64,000 nucleotides of DNA from the IMG/VR virus record IMGVR_UViG_3300029288_000107, positions 32,001 to 96,000 of that record; one strand, written 5' to 3'. The position numbers and the translations under genes were made by a program. Positions 1 to 8,771 of the stretch are shown here, one piece after another. The notes beneath the pieces are model-generated. The model had not been told where the DNA came from. It saw nothing but the letters and a program-made list of their open reading frames with translations, and searched no databases. Source of the stretch: a virus. Its lineage: Duplodnaviria > Caudoviricetes. The first letter of the stretch is position 1. Every line of letters starts with the position of its first letter.

Positions 1-24
1 TGCCGAGGAAGCGGAAGAAATAAG

Positions 25-52
25 TTGACACGGCGCGGAGTCGTGTTACAGT
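25..52 (+). promoter_or_regulatory. sigma70-type promoter
   Basis: TTGACA (25-30), 16-nt spacer, extended -10 TGnTACAGT (44-52), upstream of the first ORF. Confidence 0.6.
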
Positions 53-95
53 TGGGGTTGCGAGGGGCGCCTGCGAGGGGCGCGCGGAGGTGCGG

Positions 96-1244
96 ATGGG
101 ACGTGGGCGGCGGCTGGGCCCGCTGAAGAAGGACAGGGGCAAGGTGCTGCGCGGGGACGACGGCCGGTCGTACCGCATCACGCAGATCCTGGCGTGCCTG
201 CGGACCGGGTCGCGTCGGTGCGACGGCATCGTGCACCGCGTCGGGCGGATCAGCTTCAGCGGCAGGGCCTTCGATGTGCTGCCGCGCGCGAAGTTTCAGC
301 ACTGCACCTCGAAGTTCTTCCCGGGCGAGGTGCCGTGGGAGGAGCGCACGGTGCAGGCTGGGATGCGCAGCGGGATGACACAGGCCGCTGCGGTGGCGGC
401 GGTGAGGCAGGTGTACGAGGCGGACAAACGAGCCGTGGAGGCCGTTGTGGAGGCGCCCATGGAGGGGCGCGAGGAGGACGGGATGAACGCGACGAAGAAG
501 GTGGTGCGGGCGGTGCGGTTCAACAACGAGAAGAACGGGCCGATGCTGCTGGACGCGGTGCGGGTGCACCAGCGGGACACGGGCAAGAAGCTCATGTTCG
601 ACAACTTCTGGCCCAGCTTCGCGCAGTACGCGGAGCAGAGCGCGCTGCTGAAGAAGTACGGGGGCGACGCGAACTGCTGGCGCGGCCGCTACAACAACGC
701 GGCGTACCGGTTCAGCCCCGAGGGCGAGGTGATGCGCCAGCAGGCGGACCGCGTGCGCGCCGTGGCCAAGCAGCAGGGCATCAGAGTGCAGGCCCTCATC
801 GACATCATGGGGGGCAACGCGGGCGCGGCGGACGCGCAGCTCACGGCCACGCGGCCGTGGGAGGACGGCATGCTGGCCGCGCTGGCGGGCGCGTTGAAGG
901 TGGACGTGGCGTACCTGCGGGACGGGACGTCGGTCGCGGCGCGGCAGACCACGCTAGCCGACCTGCGGGGGCCGTCGGAGGAGGCGCAGCGGGCCACGAA
1001 GCCGGTCGTGGAGGCGGTGCAGCATGCGCAGGTCCGTGCGAACGCCGACGCGGAGGAGCTGCGGATCCTGCGCAAGATCATCGGTGGCATGGGGCGGCTG
1101 GCGGACAACGGGTTCGACATGCCGAACCTCATAGTGCGGGCGGCGGTGCAGCAGGCGCGTGGCGCCGACCCCTTCATCGGCATGGTCGAGGCGCTGGTGA
1201 ACAACCGGCCGGGTCAGGTGTTGACGGAGGACGGGAGGCGGTAG
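96..1244 (+). CDS. hypothetical protein with C-terminal XRE/Cro-like HTH; possible internal start at 483
   Basis: GGAGG before ATG 96 and GAGGAGG before ATG 483; segment VRAVAKQQGIRVQAL...LAALAGALKVDVAYLRDG resembles an XRE HTH. Confidence 0.5.
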   Translation: MGRGRRLGPLKKDRGKVLRGDDGRSYRITQILACLRTGSRRCDGIVHRVGRISFSGRAFDVLPRAKFQHCTSKFFPGEVPWEERTVQAGMRSGMTQAAAVAAVRQVYEADKRAVEAVVEAPMEGREEDGMNATKKVVRAVRFNNEKNGPMLLDAVRVHQRDTGKKLMFDNFWPSFAQYAEQSALLKKYGGDANCWRGRYNNAAYRFSPEGEVMRQQADRVRAVAKQQGIRVQALIDIMGGNAGAADAQLTATRPWEDGMLAALAGALKVDVAYLRDGTSVAARQTTLADLRGPSEEAQRATKPVVEAVQHAQVRANADAEELRILRKIIGGMGRLADNGFDMPNLIVRAAVQQARGADPFIGMVEALVNNRPGQVLTEDGRR

Positions 1245-1246
1245 CG

Positions 1247-1705
1247 ATGGACGGGAAGATGATCGAGGCGGGATCGCGGTGGGCGGAGGTGGAGCGCACG
1301 GAGGACGGCCGGGTGATCCTGCGCGGCGACATCGTGTGCTGCGACGTGCCCAACCACAACGGGCGGATCTACCCGCGCGCGGTGATGGAAGCGGCCGTGG
1401 TGAAGGCGCAGGAGTCCATCCAGCGGGGATCCTTCTTCGCGGTGATCCCGGACGATCGCTACGGACGCGTTCACTTGGCCGACGTGGCGGGGCGGGTGCG
1501 GGCGCTGGCCGTGGGGGAGCGCGTGCGGGGAGACGTCGAGATGCTCGACACGGACCGGGGCAAGAGCATCCGCGTGCTGATGGATGCGGGGAAGCCGGTG
1601 CGCCTCTACCTGCGCGGCAGGGGATCGCTCCGGGAGGTGGACGGCGTGCAGGTCGTGCAGGACGACTTTGTGTTCGACGGCGTCGGCATCACGGCGGAGG
1701 AGTAG
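1247..1705 (+). CDS. T4 gp21-like prohead protease paralogue, apparently inactive
   Basis: NHNGRIYP, VEMLDTDRGK and RGRGSL align with the protease at 24301, but the H-P and SSRG catalytic motifs are replaced. Confidence 0.7.
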   Translation: MDGKMIEAGSRWAEVERTEDGRVILRGDIVCCDVPNHNGRIYPRAVMEAAVVKAQESIQRGSFFAVIPDDRYGRVHLADVAGRVRALAVGERVRGDVEMLDTDRGKSIRVLMDAGKPVRLYLRGRGSLREVDGVQVVQDDFVFDGVGITAEE

Positions 1706-1717
1706 AAGGAGGAGCTG

Positions 1718-1945
1718 ATGGGTGTGGTGCGGGTGAACGTCGGGGATCTGACCGCCGGAGAGTCCATGCAGCGGCTGCGGACGGTGCGCGGGCAGTACCA
1801 GGAGCGCTGGTTGATGCAGCACGTGAGCGCGGCCACGGAGGACCTGTTTGTCCCGTACTGGCGGTGCGCGTTCTGCGACGCGCACGTGAAGGCGGATCGC
1901 GAGCGCTGCGGCGAGTGCGGGGCCTCGCGGCCGGGGAGGGTGTGA
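1718..1945 (+). CDS. small zinc-ribbon protein
   Basis: WRCAFC...CGECG; AGGAGGAG RBS. Confidence 0.6.
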   Translation: MGVVRVNVGDLTAGESMQRLRTVRGQYQERWLMQHVSAATEDLFVPYWRCAFCDAHVKADRERCGECGASRPGRV

Positions 1946-2163
1946 TGGCAACGTGGCGCGTGAGCGTGGCCGTGTACCGCGTGGTGGAGCAGGCGGTGGT
2001 GGAGGTCGACGTTGGCGAGGGCGTCGGGGGCGGCCTGCTGACGGAGGCAGTGGTGGAGCGGATGGCGCGCGAGGTGGCGTTCAAGAAGGCGGTGGCTGGC
2101 GACGTGACGTTTGAGAAGCGGACCGGGGCACCGTTCGTAGTGATGGTGATGGCGGTGGAGTGA
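1945..2163 (+). CDS. hypothetical protein
   Basis: TGATG coupling to the upstream gene; GC3-rich codons. Confidence 0.55.
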   Translation: MATWRVSVAVYRVVEQAVVEVDVGEGVGGGLLTEAVVERMAREVAFKKAVAGDVTFEKRTGAPFVVMVMAVE

Positions 2164-2177
2164 AAGGGAGGCGAAGG

Positions 2178-2570
2178 ATGAGTGAAGACCAGATCGTGAA
2201 GTTCGATCCCGCGCAGTTCGCGTCGCAGCTCAAGGACAAGATCCGGCTGGACATCGCGCAGTTCCTGCCGGAGGACGAGTGGAAGCGGCTGATCGAGGCG
2301 GAGGTGAAGGGCTTCCTGGAGGGGCGGTGGGAGAAGGAAGACTACTATCGAGACCGTCAGAGGTACTACCCCAGCGGGTTGCGTCTCGCGGTGTTGGCCG
2401 TCATGGAGGCGGAGACGACGCGGTTCGTGAAGGAGTACATGGGGCAGTACCAGAACTACGGCGGCCAGGTGGCGAACAAGGTGGACGAAGTCATCGCCCA
2501 AAACATAGAGGGGCTGGTCCGGGCAGCGCTGGGGCCGTTCTTGCAGCGCGTGTTCAACGGGCAGCTGTAG
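2178..2570 (+). CDS. hypothetical protein
   Basis: GGAGG RBS; coding-like codon bias. Confidence 0.65.
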   Translation: MSEDQIVKFDPAQFASQLKDKIRLDIAQFLPEDEWKRLIEAEVKGFLEGRWEKEDYYRDRQRYYPSGLRLAVLAVMEAETTRFVKEYMGQYQNYGGQVANKVDEVIAQNIEGLVRAALGPFLQRVFNGQL

Positions 2571-2578
2571 GGGGATTC

Positions 2579-3025
2579 ATGGACTGCACGGCGTGTAGCA
2601 GGGAGGGGACGATCGAGTGCATCGCGTGCTTGCGGGAGCAGCTGGAGAAGGCGGAGCGCGAGATCGAGGAGGTGCGGTCGGCGGTGTGCGCCGACGACAC
2701 CGAGACGACCGTGGAGGCCGCGCTGCACCTGGCGCAGGCGGCGGAGAAGAAGGGGCAGGAGGTGGCGTTTGCGGCGGCGCTGCGGGTTGGTCCGAACGAC
2801 ATCGTGCTCGTGCGTCCGAACCTAGGAGACCTGCCTCCTCACGTGCAGCGGCACCACATGCGGCGGGTGCGGACGGACCTGCTGGAGCTGCTGGAGCGGG
2901 AGGGCGTGCGGCACAGTGGCGTGATCATGCTGGCGCCCGGTTGGGAGCTGTCGGCGGTGTCGCGCGAGCAGCTGCGGGCCCTGCTGGACGGTGCACGCGC
3001 GTGCGCGACAGAGGAGGACGCATGA
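2579..3025 (+). CDS. hypothetical protein with N-terminal CxxC-CxxC
   Basis: MDCTACSREGTIECIAC; ATGA overlap with the next gene. Confidence 0.6.
   Translation: MDCTACSREGTIECIACLREQLEKAEREIEEVRSAVCADDTETTVEAALHLAQAAEKKGQEVAFAAALRVGPNDIVLVRPNLGDLPPHVQRHHMRRVRTDLLELLEREGVRHSGVIMLAPGWELSAVSREQLRALLDGARACATEEDA
2993..3004. repeat. dispersed palindrome GCACGCGCGTGC, copy 1 (in CDS)
   Basis: exact 12-mer. Confidence 0.9.
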
Positions 3026-3288
3026 GGCACCGGACGGCAGCTGGGCGGCGGGATCACCACGCGAAGCAGCGGGTGCGCAAGCAGAGGTATCGGGCGTGGG
3101 AGGCGGAGTACGCGTCGTTCCTGGAGGGGTTGGGGGCCGATCGTGCGACACGCAAGCAAATGTACCGGTTCAGACACATCGCGCGGCCGATCGTGCGGCG
3201 CTGTTTCGACGGCGAGTTGATGCGGGAGATGTTCGGGGTGGAGGTGCGGATCGCGCAGGACGCGATGGTGAGCACGGCGGGCGCGTAG
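3022..3288 (+). CDS. hypothetical basic protein; frame stays open past TAG to 3333
   Basis: GAGGAGG RBS; ATGA overlap. Confidence 0.55.
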   Translation: MRHRTAAGRRDHHAKQRVRKQRYRAWEAEYASFLEGLGADRATRKQMYRFRHIARPIVRRCFDGELMREMFGVEVRIAQDAMVSTAGA

Positions 3289-3332
3289 GCCCTGCCGAAG
3301 CTGGCCGAGATGGTCGGCGGAGGGGAGACTTG

Positions 3333-3686
3333 ATGGGCTACGAGGCGACGACAGAGGTGACTGCGGAGCAGGTCTTCGCGTGGGCGCAGGAGGACATGGC
3401 GGCGCAGCGGAAGGAGCAGGGGGAGTTCCTCTATCTCCGACGCGGGTACTGCGGCCTCCTCCACGTGAGGGAGGATGGCCACGTCGATGCGGCGCAGGAC
3501 GCGGTGTACTCGCACGGCTACCGGGTGGTCTTCTGGCGGTTCGAGGACGGGCGGCCCCGCGAGGTCTGCGCGGTGGAGAAGGCGGACGCGGCGGAGCGCG
3601 CGCACTGGGGCAAGCCTGCGCCGGAACGGAAGCCGGGGCCGTACGTGTGCTCGCGGATGCGGGCCGCACAAGGGGAGGAGCCATGA
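3333..3686 (+). CDS. hypothetical protein
   Basis: RBS, codon bias, ATGA overlap downstream. Confidence 0.6.
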   Translation: MGYEATTEVTAEQVFAWAQEDMAAQRKEQGEFLYLRRGYCGLLHVREDGHVDAAQDAVYSHGYRVVFWRFEDGRPREVCAVEKADAAERAHWGKPAPERKPGPYVCSRMRAAQGEEP

Positions 3687-4051
3687 CGCGGCAGGAGGAG
3701 CTGGTGTGGGCGGCGGCCTGGGCGCTGGGGCTGCATGAGACGGACAGCGGGTACTCGTTGACGCAGCGGCGGAAGCACGCGCGGGCGAAAGCGGCCATCG
3801 CAGTGGGAGCGTTGCGGGAGGAGGCGGACGACCCCATGGTGCGGGAATCGGACGATTGGGCCGAAGAGATGCTGCGCCAGATGGCGGGGGAGCCGAACTG
3901 CTTCACCAGGAGACGACCGGATCCGCAGCGGGGGGCCGTTTACATCATGTGTCAGCACCCGCAGGTCGAGGCAGCGGATCACTGCCATCGGTGCGCGGCG
4001 TTCGGTGGCTGGCCGGAGGAGGAAAGCGATGGCGCTTCTGATAATGGATGA
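3683..4051 (+). CDS. hypothetical protein (VWAAA...MLRQM type, C-terminal Cys/His cluster)
   Basis: GAGGAG RBS; resembles the gene at 4839. Confidence 0.6.
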   Translation: MTRQEELVWAAAWALGLHETDSGYSLTQRRKHARAKAAIAVGALREEADDPMVRESDDWAEEMLRQMAGEPNCFTRRRPDPQRGAVYIMCQHPQVEAADHCHRCAAFGGWPEEESDGASDNG

Positions 4052-4247
4052 CAAGCCGGTGTCGGTGATACTCGACGAGGCAGTCCTCGTGAGTCGTGTG
4101 CTGAAGGAAGCCGGGCACGTCACGATGGCGGGCACCGTTGATGCCGTCGTGCGGCTGGCGCGCGATCTGGTTCACGGGGAGGAGTTGCGGCGGGGATCCG
4201 CCGAGCAGGCCGAGATGATGGAGAGGCTGGCAAGGGTGAAGTCATGA
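4029..4247 (+). CDS. hypothetical protein
   Basis: GGAGGA RBS; ATGA overlap downstream. Confidence 0.55.
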   Translation: MALLIMDDKPVSVILDEAVLVSRVLKEAGHVTMAGTVDAVVRLARDLVHGEELRRGSAEQAEMMERLARVKS

Positions 4248-4645
4248 TGGACATGAAGCGGTTGGGGGCGATGCGGGCGGCTCTGTACGGGCCCGGGGCG
4301 GGCAGGACCACGGCGGCGCTGGCGGAGGCGCTGGATCGGCTGTGGAGCTTGCAGGGGGATCCGGCGGTGCTGGTCTTCGTGGGGTGCGGGCCGACGACGA
4401 TGATCCCGTCCTGGAAGGAGGACGCGCGCACGGTGGCGGAGGCCATGGGCATGGTCGTCACGGGGGAGCGCAGGGATGCGCTGGTGATCGGGCCGTGGAA
4501 TCGCGAGCTACGGTTCGTGACGGCGCGCCAGTTCCTGCACGGGATCGAGGGGCGGGGGCGCAACTGGGGAGGGCGCCGGGAGCCGTCCTTCGTGGCGGAC
4601 CCGGGCGTGCTGGAGCTGCTGTGGCGGCTGCGGAGGAAGGCATGA
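4244..4645 (+). CDS. hypothetical protein
   Basis: coupled ORF; GPGAGRT resembles a degenerate P-loop. Confidence 0.55.
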   Translation: MMDMKRLGAMRAALYGPGAGRTTAALAEALDRLWSLQGDPAVLVFVGCGPTTMIPSWKEDARTVAEAMGMVVTGERRDALVIGPWNRELRFVTARQFLHGIEGRGRNWGGRREPSFVADPGVLELLWRLRRKA

Positions 4646-4842
4646 GGCTGGCCAAGGTGCAGTTCCCAGCGGTGTACGTCGAGTACGCGCCGGAATACCC
4701 GTTCAAGGAGGGCGACGTGGTGCTGCTGTTGGGGGAGATCGAGAACATGCCGGGGCACCTAGTGGTGGCGCTGATGGACGGACGCGTGCTGTTCGGGTTC
4801 CACCCGGAGCTGTTCCGGGTGCTGACGGAGGACGAGACATGA
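4642..4842 (+). CDS. hypothetical protein
   Basis: ATGA overlaps at both ends; LGEIENMPGH motif. Confidence 0.6.
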   Translation: MRLAKVQFPAVYVEYAPEYPFKEGDVVLLLGEIENMPGHLVVALMDGRVLFGFHPELFRVLTEDET

Positions 4843-5111
4843 TCCTGAGCCAAGGAGAGATGAAGGTGTGGGCGGCGGCGTTCGTGGAGGCGTACCACCG
4901 GCAGATGCGAAACATCATCTTTGAAAATCCCAAGGCGGCTACCCACGACGAGCAGGAGGTCCATCGGAAGACGCGCGGGAGGGCGATCATCGATGCGTGG
5001 GGGATCGTGATGGAGATGCGGAAGGCGGAGTAGGAGACGCGGGCCACCTTCAATCCAGACGGCGACCGGCACATCCAGATGCTCCGCGCCATGCTGGGGG
5101 ACGATGGTTAG
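4839..5111 (+). pseudogene. hypothetical gene interrupted by in-frame TAG at 5031-5033
   Basis: frame continues ETRATFNPDGDRHIQMLRAMLGDDG to TAG 5109-5111, abutting the next ATG; the MLRAM tail matches the paralogue at 3683. Confidence 0.5.
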
Positions 5112-5327
5112 ATGAACCGTCCCAAGGTGGAAGAGGGGCCAAGGTTCTACGCCAAGGGGTGGGACGGGCGGTTTTTCTGTCCGTTCCTCCCGTTGCGCGT
5201 GAGCGATCTGGACGGGAGCGCCTACTGGTTGGGTCCGGGCGGGGCGCGGTGGACGGACGCGCAGGTCAACGCGGACGTGGATCGGCAGCTCCAGGAGTTC
5301 CTGCGGGCGAAGGAGGGTGAGGGATGA
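5112..5327 (+). CDS. hypothetical protein
   Basis: coupled ORF. Confidence 0.55.
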   Translation: MNRPKVEEGPRFYAKGWDGRFFCPFLPLRVSDLDGSAYWLGPGGARWTDAQVNADVDRQLQEFLRAKEGEG

Positions 5328-5448
5328 CGGTCAAGGAACTGATTGCGGAGTTGGCGAAGTGCGATGGTGACGCGCCGGTCTGGACGGAGGGGTGCGACAG
5401 CTAGTGAAAACAGACTCAAGTCTGGACATTGAGGGACAAACAATATGC

Positions 5449-5477
5449 TTGACACCTATACCAAAAACACGTAGGAT
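5449..5477 (+). promoter_or_regulatory. sigma70-type promoter in the element left end
   Basis: TTGACA-N17-TAGGAT, 6 nt before ATG 5484. Confidence 0.7.
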
Positions 5478-5483
5478 TGACCC

Positions 5484-5621
5484 ATGAAGAAGGATCAGCG
5501 GTTACAGGTGCAGTTCGATGCGGAGATGGCGGCGTGGCTAAAGGCGGAGGCTGAGCGGCGCCGGTGCAGCATAGCGCAGATCATCCGCGATCTGGTGCTG
5601 GCGGCCATGGAAGCGAAGTGA
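5484..5621 (+). CDS. 45-aa CopG/ribbon-helix-helix protein (not in ORF track)
   Basis: MKKDQRLQVQFDAEMAAWLKAEAERRRCSIAQIIRDLV; GTGA overlap with tnpB. Confidence 0.75.
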   Translation: MKKDQRLQVQFDAEMAAWLKAEAERRRCSIAQIIRDLVLAAMEAK

Positions 5622-6868
5622 AGGCGTACCGCACCGAGTTGGACCTGAACAACAAGCAGCGCACGGCGTGTCTGCGGCATGCGGGGGCGGCGCGGTTCAC
5701 CTACAACTGGGGGCTGCAACGCAAGCGTATGGCTTGGGAAGGACGAAAGTCCGTGTTGGATGCTGGAGTGCCCAAAGAGGATGCGCCCAATGTACCCACG
5801 GCCATTGATCTACACCGCGAGCTGAACACGCTCAAGAAGACGGACTTCCCATGGATGTACGAGGTGAGTAAGTGCGCGCCGCAGGAGGCGTTGCGGAACC
5901 TCGACAAGGCGTTTGAGGGGTTCTTCCGGCGCTGCAAGCAGGGCGAGGCCAAGAAGGGATATCCGAAGTTCAAGAGCCGGAAGCAGGGCATTGGATCGTT
6001 TGCGTTGACTGGCACGATCCACGTTTCGGAACGGACCATTCAGTTGCCGCGTCTAGGTGTATTGCGATTGAAAGAGCACGGGTACTTTCCGACGACGGCT
6101 CGGATAACGCGCGCGACGGTATCTGAGCGTGCTGGGCGATGGTTCGTATCCATCCTGACGGACGAGGAACCGGTGCGCAAGAAGGGCACGGAGGTGCTCG
6201 GGGTAGATGTTGGCATCGCGCACCTGGCGGTGTTGTCGGATGGCACGGTGTTCGAGAATCCGATGGCGCTCAAGATCGCACAGGATCGGGTGCGGCGGTT
6301 GCAGAAGTCGGTTAGCCGAAAGGTGAAGGGATCGAAGAATCGGAAGAAGGTAGTGCAGCGGTTGGCGCGGCAGCATTACCGGGTAGCGTGCGTGAGGAGC
6401 AACGCGATCCACCAGGCGACGTCGGCGATATCCAAGAGGGCGGCGGTGGTGGGGATCGAGACGCTCAACGTGCGCGGCATGCTGAAGAATCACTGCCTGG
6501 CTGGTGCCTTGTCCGATGCGGGCATGTCGGAGTTCTTGCGGCAGCTGGAGTATAAGGTGGGCTGGTCGGGCGGCGTGGTGGCGAAGGCGGATCGCTTCTA
6601 TCCATCCTCGAAGCTCTGTTCAGATTGCGGGTACGAGATGGAGGATCTGCCGCTGTCGGTACGGGAGTGGGACTGTCCTGGTTGCGGATCCGTGCATGAT
6701 CGCGACATCAACGCGGCGATGAACCTTCAAAACATGGCGGCCAGTTCGGCCGTGACAGCCTGTGGAGAGGATCGCTCTGGCGCGCAGATGCGGAAGCGCG
6801 TGAAACGAACTTCTGTGAAGCAGGAAATCAACACTGAGCGAGGCATGTCCTCGCTTGGGTCAGTTTGA
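5618..6868 (+). CDS. tnpB: RNA-guided endonuclease TnpB
   Basis: KAYRTELDLN start; RuvC motifs GVDVG, IETLNV, HDRDINAA; zinc finger CSDC/CPGC. Confidence 0.95.
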   Translation: MKAYRTELDLNNKQRTACLRHAGAARFTYNWGLQRKRMAWEGRKSVLDAGVPKEDAPNVPTAIDLHRELNTLKKTDFPWMYEVSKCAPQEALRNLDKAFEGFFRRCKQGEAKKGYPKFKSRKQGIGSFALTGTIHVSERTIQLPRLGVLRLKEHGYFPTTARITRATVSERAGRWFVSILTDEEPVRKKGTEVLGVDVGIAHLAVLSDGTVFENPMALKIAQDRVRRLQKSVSRKVKGSKNRKKVVQRLARQHYRVACVRSNAIHQATSAISKRAAVVGIETLNVRGMLKNHCLAGALSDAGMSEFLRQLEYKVGWSGGVVAKADRFYPSSKLCSDCGYEMEDLPLSVREWDCPGCGSVHDRDINAAMNLQNMAASSAVTACGEDRSGAQMRKRVKRTSVKQEINTERGMSSLGSV

Positions 6869-7020
6869 TGGAACGGTGCGACTGCTGGGGGATCGCGTTC
6901 GAGGTGCGGGAGCGTTCGAAGTTCTGTCCGGACGTTGGGGAGGAGCACCCGGAGTTCCCGGAGTACGGAGATGGGATGCCCGCCAACGCGGTGCTGATCC
7001 TGCGGTAGGGAGGGTGAGGG

Positions 7021-7290
7021 ATGAGCGACGAATTCTACAGTTGGGTGCAGGAGGCGACGCCCGGGGCGCCGCACGCGCAGGACGTCTGGCTCTACCAGTC
7101 GCCCGCGGCGTGGTGGAGGCGGCTCTGGTGGCGCGTGCGGATGCTGCTGGGGCGGATCGTGTCGCGCGTGAAGCCGCGCCCGAACATGGTGCTCTATGGC
7201 TGCGTGCCGGTGCGGTGCTCCGCGCCCGAGGGGGACGACGTTGTCTCGGTGGTCTCGGTGAGCGAATTCACGTGCACGAGGCAGCTTTGA
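7021..7290 (+). CDS. hypothetical protein
   Basis: RBS and codon bias. Confidence 0.5.
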   Translation: MSDEFYSWVQEATPGAPHAQDVWLYQSPAAWWRRLWWRVRMLLGRIVSRVKPRPNMVLYGCVPVRCSAPEGDDVVSVVSVSEFTCTRQL

Positions 7291-7292
7291 GG

Positions 7293-7697
7293 ATGCCAAA
7301 CAGGGAGAGCCGCCGGAACCGACGGTTCCTGTGCGCGCTCGCGGTGCGGGTGCTGCGCGACGTGGAGCTGCTGGGGGGAGAGGTGGACCCGCGCGCCTAC
7401 GAGTTGATCCGAATGGCGCGGCACCACACGGTGCAGCCGATGCGGGTGCCGGAACTGCTGTTCGCCTACGAGGAGGCGCGGGCGCTGTTCCATCACCGCG
7501 GCAACAACTACACCCACTACGCCTTGTTGAAGGCGACGCTGTTCCATGAGGCCAACCACAAGGGCATCTTAAACTACGTGGGGTACGTGCTGCACGGGCG
7601 GCGGGAGAGCCCCTACGCACAGCTCTGGATCGCGTGGGTGCGGGCGCAGGCGCCGCGGTTGGGCATCGCGGTGCCGTACATCACGGATGGAGGTTAG
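7293..7697 (+). CDS. hypothetical protein
   Basis: MPNRESRRN start 2 nt after the upstream stop. Confidence 0.55.
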   Translation: MPNRESRRNRRFLCALAVRVLRDVELLGGEVDPRAYELIRMARHHTVQPMRVPELLFAYEEARALFHHRGNNYTHYALLKATLFHEANHKGILNYVGYVLHGRRESPYAQLWIAWVRAQAPRLGIAVPYITDGG

Positions 7698-7699
7698 GC

Positions 7700-7939
7700 A
7701 TGATCGAGTACAACGAGGAGACGTGCGTTACGGCGGGGGCGTTGCGGGAGGTCGGGGTGCCGATCCCGGAGAACGTTCCGGACTGCGCGTGGGTGCCCCG
7801 GTGGTCGTTCCGGCCGGAGGTCGTGCAGGGCAGCGCGCATGACGACGGGCAGGGGCGCATGAGCATCGGGATCGCGGTGCGGTTCGACGAGCCGTTCCGC
7901 TGGGTGGAGGGGACGTTCCAGGTGGGAGGCGAGGGATGA
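7700..7939 (+). CDS. hypothetical protein
   Basis: GGAGG RBS; ATGA overlap. Confidence 0.6.
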   Translation: MIEYNEETCVTAGALREVGVPIPENVPDCAWVPRWSFRPEVVQGSAHDDGQGRMSIGIAVRFDEPFRWVEGTFQVGGEG

Positions 7940-8499
7940 GCGCGTTCCTGTGGATGGCCCTGTGCTTCGGCGGCGGCCTGCTCTGCGGGTCGATCGCGAC
8001 GCTCCTCGTGGAGGGGCGCCCGCAGCGGCGGTGGCGGCGCTGGCGCGAGAACCGGGCCTGGCGGGCGCAGGAGCGCCGGGGCGGCAAGCGGTGCCGCTGC
8101 GGGGCCACGATGCGACAGGAGTACAGCGAGGTCTCGATGGGGCGCTGCCTGCACGACTTCGATCCGGCCTCCGTGATCTACTGGCGCTGCGACGCCTGCG
8201 AGCGCACCTGCGCGGATCGCGATGGCAGTGGCGTAGACGCCGGGACGATCCCAGCGGAGGAGTGGTGCATCCACGACGCGCAGGGGTTCGTGCGCGAGCT
8301 GGGGGCGGTGAAGCTGCTCCAGATCCGGGGGCGCGGGACGGTGGCGCAGGTGCCCCGCACGAGCCCGCGCTTCTTCGAGATCGGGCAGCGGGTGGACGTG
8401 CAGGGACGGCGGTTTGTGATCTCGGGGATCGAGTACAGCAGCGGGGCCCATGGGGTGCTGCCCGGTGTGGGCCTCGTGCTGCGGACGGAGGGGGCATGA
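7936..8499 (+). CDS. hypothetical protein, N-terminal TM helix and Cys cluster
   Basis: hydrophobic N-terminus; CRCG...CDAC. Confidence 0.55.
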   Translation: MSAFLWMALCFGGGLLCGSIATLLVEGRPQRRWRRWRENRAWRAQERRGGKRCRCGATMRQEYSEVSMGRCLHDFDPASVIYWRCDACERTCADRDGSGVDAGTIPAEEWCIHDAQGFVRELGAVKLLQIRGRGTVAQVPRTSPRFFEIGQRVDVQGRRFVISGIEYSSGAHGVLPGVGLVLRTEGA

Positions 8500-8771
8500 G
8501 CGAGCTGCCGAACGTGGACGAGGCGGAGGGGCTGCCGTTGGAGGTCTTCGCGGGCCTGAGCCTCGTGCTGCACGTGGAGTCGGAGCTGGTAGGTGGGGTG
8601 CTGTTCGTGAGCAACGACTACGTGGCGGCGCCGGGGGATCCGGTCGCGTACCGCGCGTGGGAGCTGGCGTCCCTGCTGTGGCTGGATCAGCGGGTGGTGC
8701 GGCTGACGCACGCGGTCAAGAGTACGTTTGCGGGCGCGCGGGTGACGGCAACGGAAAGGATGAAGGCATGA
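8496..8771 (+). CDS. hypothetical protein
   Basis: ATGA overlaps. Confidence 0.55.
   Translation: MSELPNVDEAEGLPLEVFAGLSLVLHVESELVGGVLFVSNDYVAAPGDPVAYRAWELASLLWLDQRVVRLTHAVKSTFAGARVTATERMKA

Larger units (their letters stand above)
5393..6876 (+). mobile_element. non-autonomous IS607-like element (RHH gene + tnpB, no tnpA)
   Basis: lower GC; right end ...TTTGATGGAACGG; GG at both junctions; removal restores the target gene. Confidence 0.8.
5324..7008 (+). pseudogene. 66-aa hypothetical gene split by the TnpB insertion
   Basis: joining 5324-5392 to 6877-7008 restores MTVKELIAELAKCDGDAPVWTEGCDCWGIAFEV...NAVLILR. Confidence 0.85.
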
